Program-made: the position numbers and the translations under genes | Notes under the pieces: generated by a model | The model's input: only the letters and a program-made list of their open reading frames with translations | Databases searched by the model: none | Told to the model about the DNA's origin: nothing | In this document: piece by piece, positions 18,119-28,400 of the stretch | Numbering within the stretch: the first letter of the stretch is position 1 | How the letters are laid out: every line of letters starts with the position of its first letter | DNA from: a bacterium | Lineage (GTDB): Bacteria > UBA8248 | Direction: 5' to 3' | Length of the DNA stretch: 64,000 bases | Assembly: GCA_965199855.1 (NCBI GenBank) | Contig: OZ241326.1 | Coordinates: 224,001 to 288,000 of the forward strand

Positions 18119-18963
18119 GGGCTCACGTATTCGGGCGGCGTTCCGCCGTTCATCCATTCGACGATCGCCCCCACCGTCTCGCGCTCGACGCCCAGGAATC
18201 CGTGCGCGCTCAGCCCCCGGCAGGGGCGACCGAGCGGCGCGTCCCCCCCGCTGATTGTGACGAAGCGCCTGCGCGGGCTCCTCTTCATGGCGCGGTAGGC
18301 GGCGCGCGCGTCGACGTAGGGCGACGCGCGGCACGCGTCGTCCGCGTGATGCGCCATCAGCACGGGGCTTTCGACCTCCTCCGCGTGGAAAATGACCTCC
18401 GATACGCTCGAGGTGAGGACGAACCCCCTGACGTTCGGATGCCTCATCGCCGAGGCCAGATACGCGACGGAAAGCGCGCCCCGGCTCGCGCCGATCAGAA
18501 AAACCTCGCGCGCCCCCTCGCTCACCAGAAAATCCACCGCCGCCCGGACGTCCGCGCGGTGCGCCTCCGACGTTCGGAAACGGCCGTCCATGCCGCCGCT
18601 CCTGTCCGAGGGCGCGTCCACGATGGCCGCGGCGAACCCCGCCCTGGCGAAGAGCGGAGCGCTTCTCACCAGAAAATTTTTCGAGGGTCGAAGGCTTCCC
18701 CCGCGCCTTCTCGCTATCGGCGTTCCCACGGAGCCCATGAAGAGGAGCGCGGCCTTGCGCCCCGCGTTCTCCGCCCTGACGATCAGCAGACGCTGGCGCG
18801 CCCCGCCCCGCGTGGGAAGGCGCGCGTCCTCCCACGCCAGCCGCGCCCCCTCGGCGAAATCGCCGTAGGCGAGAACGCGAACCTCCTCCCGTTCGATTTG
18901 CTCGGCGAAGACGCCGCCCGGGAGGACGCAGGCGAGCATCGCCGCCGGGAGCCACCGCGTCAT
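18115..18963 (-). CDS. Secreted alpha/beta hydrolase
   Basis: Signal peptide, GASRG nucleophile elbow, HHADDAC, HGFLG. Confidence 0.8.
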   Translation of the reverse strand: MTRWLPAAMLACVLPGGVFAEQIEREEVRVLAYGDFAEGARLAWEDARLPTRGGARQRLLIVRAENAGRKAALLFMGSVGTPIARRRGGSLRPSKNFLVRSAPLFARAGFAAAIVDAPSDRSGGMDGRFRTSEAHRADVRAAVDFLVSEGAREVFLIGASRGALSVAYLASAMRHPNVRGFVLTSSVSEVIFHAEEVESPVLMAHHADDACRASPYVDARAAYRAMKRSPRRRFVTISGGDAPLGRPCRGLSAHGFLGVERETVGAIVEWMNGGTPPEYVSP

Positions 18964-18973
18964 CGGCCCGCCG

Positions 18974-19582
18974 TCATTTTCCGAAGGGCATGATGGAGCC
19001 TTGGCGTTCCATGGGCCGCTCCAGGCGCCAGAGCTGCCTCTCGAGCGCTTCTTCGGAACACGCGGCGAGCGCGAGCGAGCGCGCCAGATGGCGGCTCGGC
19101 AGCCTGCGCCCGCCCGGCGTGAGCCTGGAGGGTTCGGGGCCGATGGTGAGGCACTTGTCGGGATGGCTCGCAAGCCGCAGGCGGTAGTTGGCGAAGCGCC
19201 ACTTCTGGAGCGGCGAGCCGTCGCACCGGCGCAGCCGCAGCTTCGCCCCCTCGGAGGCGGATTCCGCGGCGACGCACAGCCCGTATTCGGGCATCCGGAG
19301 CGCCCCCCTCGCCACGGCGGCCAGGTCGAAGCGCTCATCCAGGTTCCAGATGCCCTCCTTGCAGGTGTGGACGACGAGGGCGGCCTCGGTGTTCACGCGC
19401 GAGCGGTGCCCCGGAATGTCCACGCAGTGAAACCTCGGCTCGTCCAGGGGAAAGAACGCCTTGACGAAGACGACGCTCCCGCTCTCGGCCCCGGCGGCCG
19501 GAGACGTCCACGCCGCGCCCGGAGCGAGCGCGCAGAGCAGAAAAGCCGCCGCCAGCCGCGCGCGCGAAATTCGCCGGGTCAT
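18974..19582 (-). CDS. Secreted ricin-B (beta-trefoil) lectin-like protein
   Basis: Signal peptide, CVDIPG, CDGSPLQKW, KCLT, C....RQLW (QxW repeats). Confidence 0.75.
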   Translation of the reverse strand: MTRRISRARLAAAFLLCALAPGAAWTSPAAGAESGSVVFVKAFFPLDEPRFHCVDIPGHRSRVNTEAALVVHTCKEGIWNLDERFDLAAVARGALRMPEYGLCVAAESASEGAKLRLRRCDGSPLQKWRFANYRLRLASHPDKCLTIGPEPSRLTPGGRRLPSRHLARSLALAACSEEALERQLWRLERPMERQGSIMPFGK

Positions 19583-19690
19583 GCCGGTCTCCTTTTTGAA
19601 CGAGGCGGCCGCCGGAGCGAACCCCCGGCCCGATTCGTCGGATTCCCGCGATGCTTTCACGGGGGAGGATAAGGTGTCAAACGGGGAGGA

Positions 19691-22600
19691 TCAGGAGCTG
19701 GCGTCCGCGGCTTCGAGCAGGGCGGCGACCAGCGATTCCAGCCGCGCGGCCGCGCCGTCCCCGGCGAGGGCGTCGCGGATGCGTCCGCGGGCGCGGGTGA
19801 AGTATTCGCCCTCCTTCATCGGGACGGCGCGCGCGACCTCCTCCGCCCTCTTCGCCGCATCGGCGATTTCCCGATGAAGCGAATCGTCCTCGTCGAATTT
19901 CGGGAAAGGCAGGTTGAACACGTATTTGTCAAAATGCCGCGCGCCCCATTGGCCTTGCGCCTGATACCGCTCAACACCGCCACGCAGAACCTCGCTGTTC
20001 AGAATGCCGCACAAATATCTCCCCTCGTTCACACCATCCACTCGCGCCCAATAAAGACTGGAGTCAATGATCGCCGTTTCGTCCTGAACGATACAGGCGG
20101 CGAGGTTGGCGCCCGACGTCGTATAAACGACGCGGATCGGCTCTATCGGAAACTGGCGCGTCAGCTTCCCGTAGTAGTCGCATTGCTCGAGAAAGCTCAT
20201 GGAACTTCGCTTGTGCCGCTCCCAGAGGGCCTCGGCCTGTTCGAGCCATCGCGTGAGTCGAAGACACCCTCGGCTTATCGCCGTTCTGGCGTCCATGAGC
20301 TCCCGCTTTTCCGCGTCCCAAGGGATGACGGCCCGCTGCGGGGCGAGAACGCGGAACGGGGCGATGGATTCTCCCAGCAGGGCCGGACGCAGGAATTCCC
20401 TGTCCACGGGGCCTTCCGGCGGCTTCAGGTTTTTCCAGGGCGGCTTGTCCAGATTGCCCGCTCGCCCCCGAACCATCGGGAACACGGGGTTGGGAGGCAG
20501 GATTCTCGATATTCGCACCTCCTCAACGAGAACGAGGCGGCGGGGGACCAAAATCGCGCCCTGCCGGAACGCCCTGCGATAGGGGGAGCCGTTTTGTCTG
20601 GCGGCCTGCGTCGGCCAGGGAGCCGCCGTTTCGACCAGGTTCGCGTCCGCCGCGTCCCTGTCGGCGTCTCGTCTCGGCAGCGTCCCGGCGAACGAGCTTA
20701 TCCGGTCGGGCGGCCGCGCCGCCGCGTCGCCATGATGGGCTTCAGCGAAGAGGACGCAGCTCGGCACCGGAAAAAGCGGCGCGAGCTCCGGCCCGAACCC
20801 CCAGGCCTTGGTGAAGCGCAGTCGAAAGACGAGGCTGTTCAGTCTGGAAACTTCTCCGTCCCGGAACGCCGCATAGGCCTGGCGCGACATGGCGGCGTGG
20901 GGCATGACCAGGGCGATCCGCCCCGTCCGGCGCATATACAGCAGAGCCGCGCGCATGAAGAAATAACCCGACAAGTCTTGGTGGGTTGCGACCTTGCCGC
21001 CGCTCCATAGCCTCGCCGCCTCGCATTCGGATCGAAAGCGCCTTTGAAATTCCGCGCTCATATACCGGTAGGCCACCCAGGGCGGATTGCCGATTACGAC
21101 GTCGGCTTTTCGCGCTTCCGACGCCAGATAGACCGGGCGGGCGAGGTTGCGCGCCACGTAGCCCCAGATGTGGTTGCGACCCTCATTTTGCAGGCGGAGC
21201 ATGACTTTGTAGGTTTTTCGGAGAATCTTGGCGTTTTCGGGAGACGTGGAAACCCTCCGCTCCATCCAGGCGGCGAAATTGGCCACCGGCTCCGCGCGCG
21301 AGCCGAGATCGAGCATGGCGTTCAAAACGCGGTCGAACAAGGAGGCGTCGGAAGCGACGGCGGCCGGAAAGCGGAGGGACGCTTCGTCCAGCCGCCGGAG
21401 CGCCGGTTCCGCTATCGTAACGGCCGGCACGAATATCTCCAGCGTGTCGCCGTCGGAAATCAGCCCCATTTGCGGCCCCTCTTCATGGCCATGCGCGACG
21501 TTCCACTGGAGCGCGTCGCCCAGATAAACGGGCAGCGGAATCTCTCCCGGGTGCTCTTGGCGCAGCACGGGCATGAGCGCGAGCAGATAGGTCGCGCGGG
21601 CGAAGATGACGGCGACGGGATGAATGTCGATGCCGGCCGCCTTCTCGACGGCGAGGCGGGCCGCCTCCGCCGCCGACATGCCCGAAGCCTCCGCCGCCTC
21701 CAGCGCGGCGCGCACCGCGTGAAACAGGAACGTTCCCGAGCCGCAGGCCGGGTCCATCACCCGCTGCTCCAGTGGATTCTCTACGGCTTCCGCGATCATG
21801 CGGGCGGCGAGCCAGTCCGGGGTGTAGTATTCGCCCAGCTCGTGGCGGGTCTCCGGGTCGATGAGGCTCTCGTAGAGGGCCTTGAGAATATCGACGCGAA
21901 TATCCCGCAGGCGAAACCGGTTCGCGTGCCGGTAAATCCGCATCACCAGCGCATCGCCCGCCTCGTCGGCCAGCAGCCAGTCGAAGAAATCGGGCTCGTT
22001 TTGTCCGCTGATGCCGAAATCCGAGAACGCCGCGCCGTGCAGAAGAGATCCCGCATCCTCGGGCGGGGCCTCGACAATCGCCGCCCAGGCGATCGCCTTG
22101 GCGATGACGGCGAGGTAGGTGTGCTGGAGAAACAGGGCGTCGTCCCCGACTCTCGCGCCGTAGGCGAGTCCCAGAAGCCCGTCCCACAGCTCGCGCTTCA
22201 GCAGGGCTTCGGGCGTTTGTCCGACCCGCGCCCAGAGCTCGGCGAGATCGTCCAGGGCGCGAAGGGAGGCCAGGCTCCCGCGCCCGAATTCGCGCGTGAT
22301 GGTCGCCGGGTCGGGCGTCAGCTCCTCGCCGAGGGCCACGGCGCCCCGCAGCCACGCCGACAGCTCCCGCGCCGCCTCCGGGTCCGCGCGGTGGGCGCCG
22401 ACCTCGACGACGCTCCCGTTTTTGAGGAAATACGCGGCGAAGTCCGCGCCGTCGGCGGCGACGCCGACGTATCTCTCGCCCGTCTCGCTCTCGCGTTCGG
22501 CGAGGTAGCGCGTCAGCCCTTCTTCGGCGTCCCCGCGCTCGCGCCTCAGGTCGGACTTGAACTCGAACACCGTCCTGCCGAGCAGGGCGTCGATCCGCCC

Positions 22601-22756
22601 GCGCGCTTCGGGGACGGACTTCTCGAAGTCGATGTCCCGGCTGTCGGCGCCGAGATCATCGACGAGGAGGCGATGCGTCAGCGCGCGAACCTTCTCGTGG
22701 CCGGGCCTGGAGGCCAGCTCGGAGACGACCTCGTCCCTTTGCTCGTTCGTCAGCAC
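19691..22756 (-). CDS. Type IIG/IIL-like fused restriction endonuclease-N6 adenine methyltransferase
   Basis: N-terminal RIDALLGRTVFEFK (PD-(D/E)xK), GEYYTPDWLA, DPACGSGTFL, GNPPW, C-terminal TRD; GTG start with GGAG RBS. Confidence 0.88.
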   Translation of the reverse strand: MLTNEQRDEVVSELASRPGHEKVRALTHRLLVDDLGADSRDIDFEKSVPEARGRIDALLGRTVFEFKSDLRRERGDAEEGLTRYLAERESETGERYVGVAADGADFAAYFLKNGSVVEVGAHRADPEAARELSAWLRGAVALGEELTPDPATITREFGRGSLASLRALDDLAELWARVGQTPEALLKRELWDGLLGLAYGARVGDDALFLQHTYLAVIAKAIAWAAIVEAPPEDAGSLLHGAAFSDFGISGQNEPDFFDWLLADEAGDALVMRIYRHANRFRLRDIRVDILKALYESLIDPETRHELGEYYTPDWLAARMIAEAVENPLEQRVMDPACGSGTFLFHAVRAALEAAEASGMSAAEAARLAVEKAAGIDIHPVAVIFARATYLLALMPVLRQEHPGEIPLPVYLGDALQWNVAHGHEEGPQMGLISDGDTLEIFVPAVTIAEPALRRLDEASLRFPAAVASDASLFDRVLNAMLDLGSRAEPVANFAAWMERRVSTSPENAKILRKTYKVMLRLQNEGRNHIWGYVARNLARPVYLASEARKADVVIGNPPWVAYRYMSAEFQRRFRSECEAARLWSGGKVATHQDLSGYFFMRAALLYMRRTGRIALVMPHAAMSRQAYAAFRDGEVSRLNSLVFRLRFTKAWGFGPELAPLFPVPSCVLFAEAHHGDAAARPPDRISSFAGTLPRRDADRDAADANLVETAAPWPTQAARQNGSPYRRAFRQGAILVPRRLVLVEEVRISRILPPNPVFPMVRGRAGNLDKPPWKNLKPPEGPVDREFLRPALLGESIAPFRVLAPQRAVIPWDAEKRELMDARTAISRGCLRLTRWLEQAEALWERHKRSSMSFLEQCDYYGKLTRQFPIEPIRVVYTTSGANLAACIVQDETAIIDSSLYWARVDGVNEGRYLCGILNSEVLRGGVERYQAQGQWGARHFDKYVFNLPFPKFDEDDSLHREIADAAKRAEEVARAVPMKEGEYFTRARGRIRDALAGDGAAARLESLVAALLEAADASS

Positions 22757-22919
22757 GCTGAAGCTCTCCGGGGCCGGATCAAGCGGCGCTCTCCTCCGCG
22801 TTCGGCGCCGCGCCACGCCGCGTCTCCCGCAAAGTGTATAGCGCATCCGCCGCGCAGCTCTCAATCCGCTCCATCGCGCTCGCGCCGTCTCCGCCGGGGG
22901 AGCACGCGAGCGTCCCCCC

Positions 22920-23789
22920 TCAATGTCCCAGGGCGATGGCGGCCATGCCGCTCGCCGCCACGCACGCGCCGAGGACGAGCCTGGGCCGCACCCGCGTCAT
23001 GTCGCGCAGCATGAGTGCCGTGAAGATCACCGAGAAGATGGGCATGGAGGCGATGACAGGCCCCACGACGCTCACCTCCGCGCTGAGGATGGCGAGGTTG
23101 TAGAGAGCCTGGCCCGCCGCGTTCAGCGCGCCCACGAGGATGATGGTCGCCACCGCCCAGCGCGGTCCCCACGCGAAGAGCCGGGGCGGGGCGGCGAGCC
23201 TGAGCGCGCAGATGACGGGGAGGCTCACCAGGTTCGACCAAGCGACCGTGAGCGCGACGTTGGGCGTCGCGGCCAGCCCCTTCTTGCGGATGAACACGCT
23301 CACGCCCAGCGAGACCGCGCTGGCGAACGCCCAGAACATTCCCGGACGAAGCCAGCGCCCCCGGACGGGCTCGAAGCTCACCAGGGCGACGCCAGCGGCG
23401 ACGAGCGCCGTGCCCGCGAGAACGGCCGGCCCCGGCCGCTCGCCCAGGAACAGGACGGCCAGCGAGAGGCTCAGCAGGGGAGAGGCGCTCATCACCGTCA
23501 TGAGCCTGGGCGGGCCCACGGCGTCAATCGCCTTGTAATAGACGAGGCGCCCGCAGCCGTAGGCGGTCAGACCCAGCAGGGCGAACCAGAGCGCGCCCTC
23601 CAGCGTGATCTCGCCCGGCTCGTATTCCCACCAGCCGAAGAGCGCCAGGACGATCATGTTGAACACGTTGGTGAGCAGGGCGGCGGACAGCAGCCCCATG
23701 CTGCGCAGGGGCCTCGCGGCGAGGACGCCCGTGAACGCCGCCATGACGGCCGCCGCAAGCGCCCAGAGAATTCCCGCCGTGCCCTCCAT
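22920..23789 (-). CDS. EamA/DMT family transporter
   Basis: About 10 TM segments, two EamA repeats (LFLGERPG). Confidence 0.88.
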   Translation of the reverse strand: MEGTAGILWALAAAVMAAFTGVLAARPLRSMGLLSAALLTNVFNMIVLALFGWWEYEPGEITLEGALWFALLGLTAYGCGRLVYYKAIDAVGPPRLMTVMSASPLLSLSLAVLFLGERPGPAVLAGTALVAAGVALVSFEPVRGRWLRPGMFWAFASAVSLGVSVFIRKKGLAATPNVALTVAWSNLVSLPVICALRLAAPPRLFAWGPRWAVATIILVGALNAAGQALYNLAILSAEVSVVGPVIASMPIFSVIFTALMLRDMTRVRPRLVLGACVAASGMAAIALGH

Positions 23790-23827
23790 CGCGCGGCGCG
23801 CCTCGTCTTCGGGCGGGAAGCGGGGCG

Positions 23828-24703
23828 TCAGCCGTGCCGGCCGACGCCCACCGCCGCGATCCCCGCCACCGCGATGACGACGCCCAGCACCACGCGCGCG
23901 CTCAGGCGCTCGATGCCGCGCAGGAACAGCGCGGAGAGGCACAGGGCGAAAATGGGCGTGCTGCTCAGAATGGGCACCGCCAGCGAGAGCTTCCCCTTGA
24001 GCGCCAGGTTGATGAGTATCTGCATCAGCCCGTTGATGGTCGTCCCGAAGAGCAGGAGCGGAATATAGCGCCTCGACCCCCACTCGAAATAGCGCCTGGG
24101 CAGAAAGCGGCGCAGCCCCTCGGAGGTGGGAATGGCGACGAGCGCCGACCAGGCGGTGAGCAGGGCGGGCGCCGCCATCCAGGACATGCCCTCCTTGCGC
24201 ATGAAGGCGCTGGCGACCAGCATGAACATGCTCGCTATCGACCAGCCGACGCCCGCGCGAAACCACCTTCCGCCCGAGGGCTCGTAGCTCACGGCCGCCA
24301 CGCCCAGGACGACGAGCCCCGTGCCCAGCATCACCAGCCGGCCGGGCGACTCGCCCAGAAAAACGACCGCCAGAAGCAGGCTGGGGAGCGGCGCCATGCT
24401 CGTGATGGTGATGTGGCGGGAGGGGCCGACGGCGTTCATGCCGGTGTAGAACACCCAGCGGTTGACGCTGTAGTTCGTCACGCCCAGCGCGCCGAACCAG
24501 ACGAACGCCTCCCACCGGAAGCTCCCCGGCTCATACATCCACAGCCCGATGGCCCCGAGCATCAGGGCGTTGCCGACGTTGTTGAACTGGGCGAGGGCGA
24601 AGGAGCCCATCTGCCGCAGGACGGGCGCGAAGGCGACGTTCGTCGCCGCGCTCACGAAAGCCGCCGAAATGGCGAGCAGAATCGTCCAGGATTCGGAGGT
24701 CAT
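23828..24703 (-). CDS. EamA/DMT family transporter
   Basis: About 10 TM segments; paralog of the adjacent gene (VFLGESPG, SYEPSGGRW). Confidence 0.88.
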   Translation of the reverse strand: MTSESWTILLAISAAFVSAATNVAFAPVLRQMGSFALAQFNNVGNALMLGAIGLWMYEPGSFRWEAFVWFGALGVTNYSVNRWVFYTGMNAVGPSRHITITSMAPLPSLLLAVVFLGESPGRLVMLGTGLVVLGVAAVSYEPSGGRWFRAGVGWSIASMFMLVASAFMRKEGMSWMAAPALLTAWSALVAIPTSEGLRRFLPRRYFEWGSRRYIPLLLFGTTINGLMQILINLALKGKLSLAVPILSSTPIFALCLSALFLRGIERLSARVVLGVVIAVAGIAAVGVGRHG

Positions 24704-24909
24704 GCGCCCGTCATTTCAGGAAGCGCGCGCCCGCCGGGGCGGGGCGATTCGTCCGGGAGGCTCCGCGCCTCTCCCGCGCGAAAGCCCGAAGCAAGGCGGC
24801 CGTCAGACATTTCCCCTCCCGCTTCCGGCTTCGCCGTTTTCTCGCGGATGGAACTCTGGTATATCTAAACAAGCATGACGTGGCGTCACAGCCGCCATTA
24901 TAGGGATGT

Positions 24910-26391
24910 ATGGAGAAGGGAAAAATGCGGGATCGTCTTTGTCCTTCAAAATCCGGCGCGCGGGCGCCGGCCTCCGTCCTCGCCGCGGCGCTGCTCGGCA
25001 TGGCTCTCCTCCTCGCGCCGGCGGGGGCGCAGTCCGCCGCGAAGGCGTCGGGGCTGCCCTCGCTCGCCGGGCTGGCCGAGAAGCTCAGCCCCTCCGTGGT
25101 GAACATCAGCACGGAGACGGAGGCCGCGAAGCGCCCGGAGCGCGGCTTTCCCGGCGCGCCCGACGACTTCTGGGGCGAGTTCTTCCGGCGCTTCCACGAG
25201 GGCCCCTTCGGCCCCCGGGGCGGCCCGCGGCCCAGACGCCGCCGGCCCGCGAGCATGGGCTCGGGCTTCGTCGTCACCGGCGCCGGCCTCATCCTGACGA
25301 ACAACCACGTCGTCGAGAACGCCTCGAAAATCACGGTTCGCTTCGAGGACAAGAGAAAGCGCGGGGCGAAGGTCGTGGGCCGGGACCCCGAGACCGACAT
25401 CGCGCTCCTTCAGGTGGAGGCGAAGCCCGGCGACAGGTTCGCCCCGGTGAAGCTCGGAGACAGCGGGAATCTTCGCGTCGGCGACTGGGTGATGGCCATC
25501 GGCAACCCCTTCGGGCTCTCGCACACTGTGACCGCCGGAATCGTCAGCGCCAAGGGGCGCGTCATCGGCTCGGGCCGCTTCGACAACTTCATCCAGACGG
25601 ACGCCTCCATCAACCCGGGCAACAGCGGGGGGCCCCTCTTCGACCTGAGCGGCAGCGTAGTGGGCATCAACACCGCCATATTCAGCAGGGGCGGTGGGAA
25701 CATGGGCATCGGCTTCGCCATTCCGGTGGACATGGCGAAGAAGCTCATTCCCCAGCTTCGCAAGGGGGTGGTGACGCGCGGATTCCTGGGCGTGTCCATC
25801 CAGGCCGTCAATGAAAGCCTGGCGAAGGAGCTGGGCCTCAAGGAGGCGCGCGGCGCGCTGGTCGCCAACCTGGTGGAGGACGGCCCCGCGAAGAAGGCCG
25901 GCGTCAAGCGGGGCGACGTGATCGTCAGAGTCAACGAGGAAGAAATAGAAAGCCCGCGCGCCCTCTCGCTCAAGGCGGCCGACCTGACCCCGGGCGACGT
26001 CGCGAAAATCGCCGTCATCCGCGACGGCGAGAAGCGCGACATCGAGATCAAGGTGGGGAAGCTGCCCGGACCGAAGCAGCTGGCGAAGGCGCTCCGCCCC
26101 GCGCTTCAGAAGAAACTGGGCATCGAGGGGCAGAACCTCACGCCCGAGATCAGAAAGCAGATCGGCGCGAAGGCGAAAAAGGGCGTCGTCATCTCCAACG
26201 TGTTGCCGGGGACGCCGGCGGCCGCGGCCGGCCTGCGCCGGGGGGACATCATCGTGGAGGCGAACCGCAAGGCGGTCGCCGACACGGAGGAGTTGCGCGC
26301 GGCGCTCAAAAAGGGAGAGAACAAGGGCAACCTGCTCGTCATTGAGCGGCGCGGCTCGACGCTCTACGTCGCGCTGGAAGGGAAGGGATAG
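24910..26391 (+). CDS. degP: HtrA/DegP-DegQ family serine protease with 2 PDZ domains
   Basis: GSGFVV, TNNHVV, TDIALL, IQTDASINPGNSGGPL. The start may be 24925. Confidence 0.93.
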   Translation: MEKGKMRDRLCPSKSGARAPASVLAAALLGMALLLAPAGAQSAAKASGLPSLAGLAEKLSPSVVNISTETEAAKRPERGFPGAPDDFWGEFFRRFHEGPFGPRGGPRPRRRRPASMGSGFVVTGAGLILTNNHVVENASKITVRFEDKRKRGAKVVGRDPETDIALLQVEAKPGDRFAPVKLGDSGNLRVGDWVMAIGNPFGLSHTVTAGIVSAKGRVIGSGRFDNFIQTDASINPGNSGGPLFDLSGSVVGINTAIFSRGGGNMGIGFAIPVDMAKKLIPQLRKGVVTRGFLGVSIQAVNESLAKELGLKEARGALVANLVEDGPAKKAGVKRGDVIVRVNEEEIESPRALSLKAADLTPGDVAKIAVIRDGEKRDIEIKVGKLPGPKQLAKALRPALQKKLGIEGQNLTPEIRKQIGAKAKKGVVISNVLPGTPAAAAGLRRGDIIVEANRKAVADTEELRAALKKGENKGNLLVIERRGSTLYVALEGKG

Positions 26392-26393
26392 GG

Positions 26394-27317
26394 GTGGCGA
26401 ACGCGGTCGAGAGGCAGGTCGGACTGAGCGAGAGCATCATCGCCGCGGCCTCGCAAATCCGCGACGAGCTGGACGCCAGGGCCATCTTCTTTCACGCGGA
26501 CGCGATGAGGGACCTCGACGCCCTCTCCGGGTTTCCCCCGGAGGTGGCGCGCTTCGCCACCACCTGCTCGCCCGAGCTCTACGAGGAGCTGGAAGGGCGC
26601 GGCTGCCGGGTGATGCGGCTGCCCGCCCTGTCCCTGAACCGGATAGACATCATCAAGATGGGCGTCGTCATCGCGCTGAGCGAGGGCTCCATCACCCAGA
26701 GCGACACGGTGATCTGCCTCTCGGGCCTGCCCGAGAACGAGGAGCTCGACACCCTGATGGTCTTTCATCTGGACCGCGAAAAGGAGATGCTCCAGACCTC
26801 GGAGACGCGGAGCGCCGTCGAGGGCGTGGACCCGAAGGCGTTCGAGACGGTGCTCTCGCTCGCCCTCGAGCTCGGCGCCGAGGGCCGGGAGGGAAGGCCG
26901 CGCGGGGCGCTCCTCGTTCTGGGCGACCACGATCTGGTGCTTCAGTATTCGCGCCAGCTCGTCATCAACCCCTTTCACGGATACCCCGAAGAGCAGCGGA
27001 ACATCATGGACCCGGCGCTGCGCGAGACCATCAAGGAGTTCAGCGCCATCGACGGCGCGTTCGTCATTCGGGGGGACGGAATCATCGAGGCCGCCGGCAG
27101 GCACCTGAACGCGGCGCCCGAGAACGACCTGCCCCCCGGCCTGGGGTCGCGCCACGTGGCCGCGGCGGGCATCACGGAGGTGAGCGCCGCCATATCGTTC
27201 GCCGTCAGCGAATCGACGGGGAGCGTCACCATCCTCAAGGACGGGAAGGTGTTCATGCAGATCAGCAAGTCCCGCCCCGCCAGAACGCCGAAGACGGGAA
27301 AAGGGAAGAAAAAATAG
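26394..27317 (+). CDS. Diadenylate cyclase (DisA_N/DAC domain, DacZ-like soluble type)
   Basis: EGREGRPRGAL, NPFHGY, IKEFSAIDGAF, GLGSRHVAAAGIT, AVSESTG. Confidence 0.88.
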   Translation: MANAVERQVGLSESIIAAASQIRDELDARAIFFHADAMRDLDALSGFPPEVARFATTCSPELYEELEGRGCRVMRLPALSLNRIDIIKMGVVIALSEGSITQSDTVICLSGLPENEELDTLMVFHLDREKEMLQTSETRSAVEGVDPKAFETVLSLALELGAEGREGRPRGALLVLGDHDLVLQYSRQLVINPFHGYPEEQRNIMDPALRETIKEFSAIDGAFVIRGDGIIEAAGRHLNAAPENDLPPGLGSRHVAAAGITEVSAAISFAVSESTGSVTILKDGKVFMQISKSRPARTPKTGKGKKK

Positions 27318-27348
27318 ACGCCGCTCCGGCGGCCTGGGAGAACGCGCG

Positions 27349-27456
27349 ATGGTCTATGGAAAACTCTTCGGACTCCTGGCGCTCATCATCGGCGGAGTCC
27401 TCGGATTGAGCACCATCATCCTGATGCTCGATCTGATCGGCCTCTCGATTTTCTGA
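27349..27456 (+). CDS. Small 35-aa single-pass membrane protein (not in ORF track)
   Basis: GGGAG RBS 8 nt before the ATG; MVYGKLFGLLALIIGGVLGLSTIILMLDLIGLSIF; fills the intergenic gap with host-like codons. Confidence 0.6.
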   Translation: MVYGKLFGLLALIIGGVLGLSTIILMLDLIGLSIF

Positions 27457-27477
27457 GGCCGGCTCCCGGCCCGCTTC

Positions 27478-28230
27478 ATGCCGATCGACCCGTTCGAGCG
27501 ATACAGGCGCAACCGCTTCCTCGCGCCCCTCTCGCCGGACACCCTCGAGAAGGTCGGAAGCCGCGCCGGCCTCTCGGCGGACTCCTCGGTCTTCGACGCG
27601 GCCTGCGGCAAGGGGGGCGGCCTCCTCGCGCTCGCGCGGAGGTTCGGCTGCTTGGCGGTCGGGGTTGACGACCGGCCCGAGTTCGTGGAGGACGGAAGGC
27701 GGCGGGCGCTCTTCGAGGACATGGCCCACCTCGTCGATCTGCTGGTTCACCCGGGCGGCGAGCTTCCCTTCGACGACAACTACTTCGATCTGGCGCTCCT
27801 GGGCGGCCCCGCCCATCCCTCGAACGACATCGACAGGCTGGAGGGCCTGGCGCGAATCGTGAAGCCGGGCGGGCGGATCGCCTTCTCCTGCCTGGCCTGG
27901 AAGCAGGAGGAGGCGGACGTCCCCGCCGGGCGCCTGATGGAATGGCTGGACGGCTACCTCCCCTGCGAGCCGGCCGACGCGGAGGAGCTCTGGGCGCGCT
28001 TCACGGAGGAGGGCTACGGCGTCGAATTCGCGGAGCGCGAAGCGCCGGACGCATGGGAGGATTTTCTCGCCCCCCAGGCCCGCGTCATTCTCGAGAACCG
28101 GCGCGAATACGCCGACGCGCGCGAGGCGCAGGACGTCCTGGACGCATGGCGGCGCGACCTCGAAATCTACCACGAGGGCGGCGGAAAGGAGCTGCTCGAC
28201 TACGCCACCTTCCTCCTTCGGCTCCCGTAA
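27478..28230 (+). CDS. Class I SAM-dependent methyltransferase
   Basis: [23 protein letters not shown]. Confidence 0.85.
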   Translation: MPIDPFERYRRNRFLAPLSPDTLEKVGSRAGLSADSSVFDAACGKGGGLLALARRFGCLAVGVDDRPEFVEDGRRRALFEDMAHLVDLLVHPGGELPFDDNYFDLALLGGPAHPSNDIDRLEGLARIVKPGGRIAFSCLAWKQEEADVPAGRLMEWLDGYLPCEPADAEELWARFTEEGYGVEFAEREAPDAWEDFLAPQARVILENRREYADAREAQDVLDAWRRDLEIYHEGGGKELLDYATFLLRLP

Positions 28231-28400
28231 GGGAAAGCGGGGGAGGAGCGCCTCTCGCGGAGCGGAGGGAGCGTCCCGCGCGACCCGTCGCGTCGCCTGA
28301 ACGGAAACTCCGGCGGCGCCCGCGTTTGACGGGCCGATCGCTCTTGGTATTTCCTTTGAAGCGGGCGCGAGCCGGCGCCTCAAACAGCCAGGGAGCGCGA

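Noticed and set aside
24850-24868. sigmaE-type promoter for degP (GGAACT...TCTAA)
   Set aside because: The spacing is only 8 nt, against the expected ~16.
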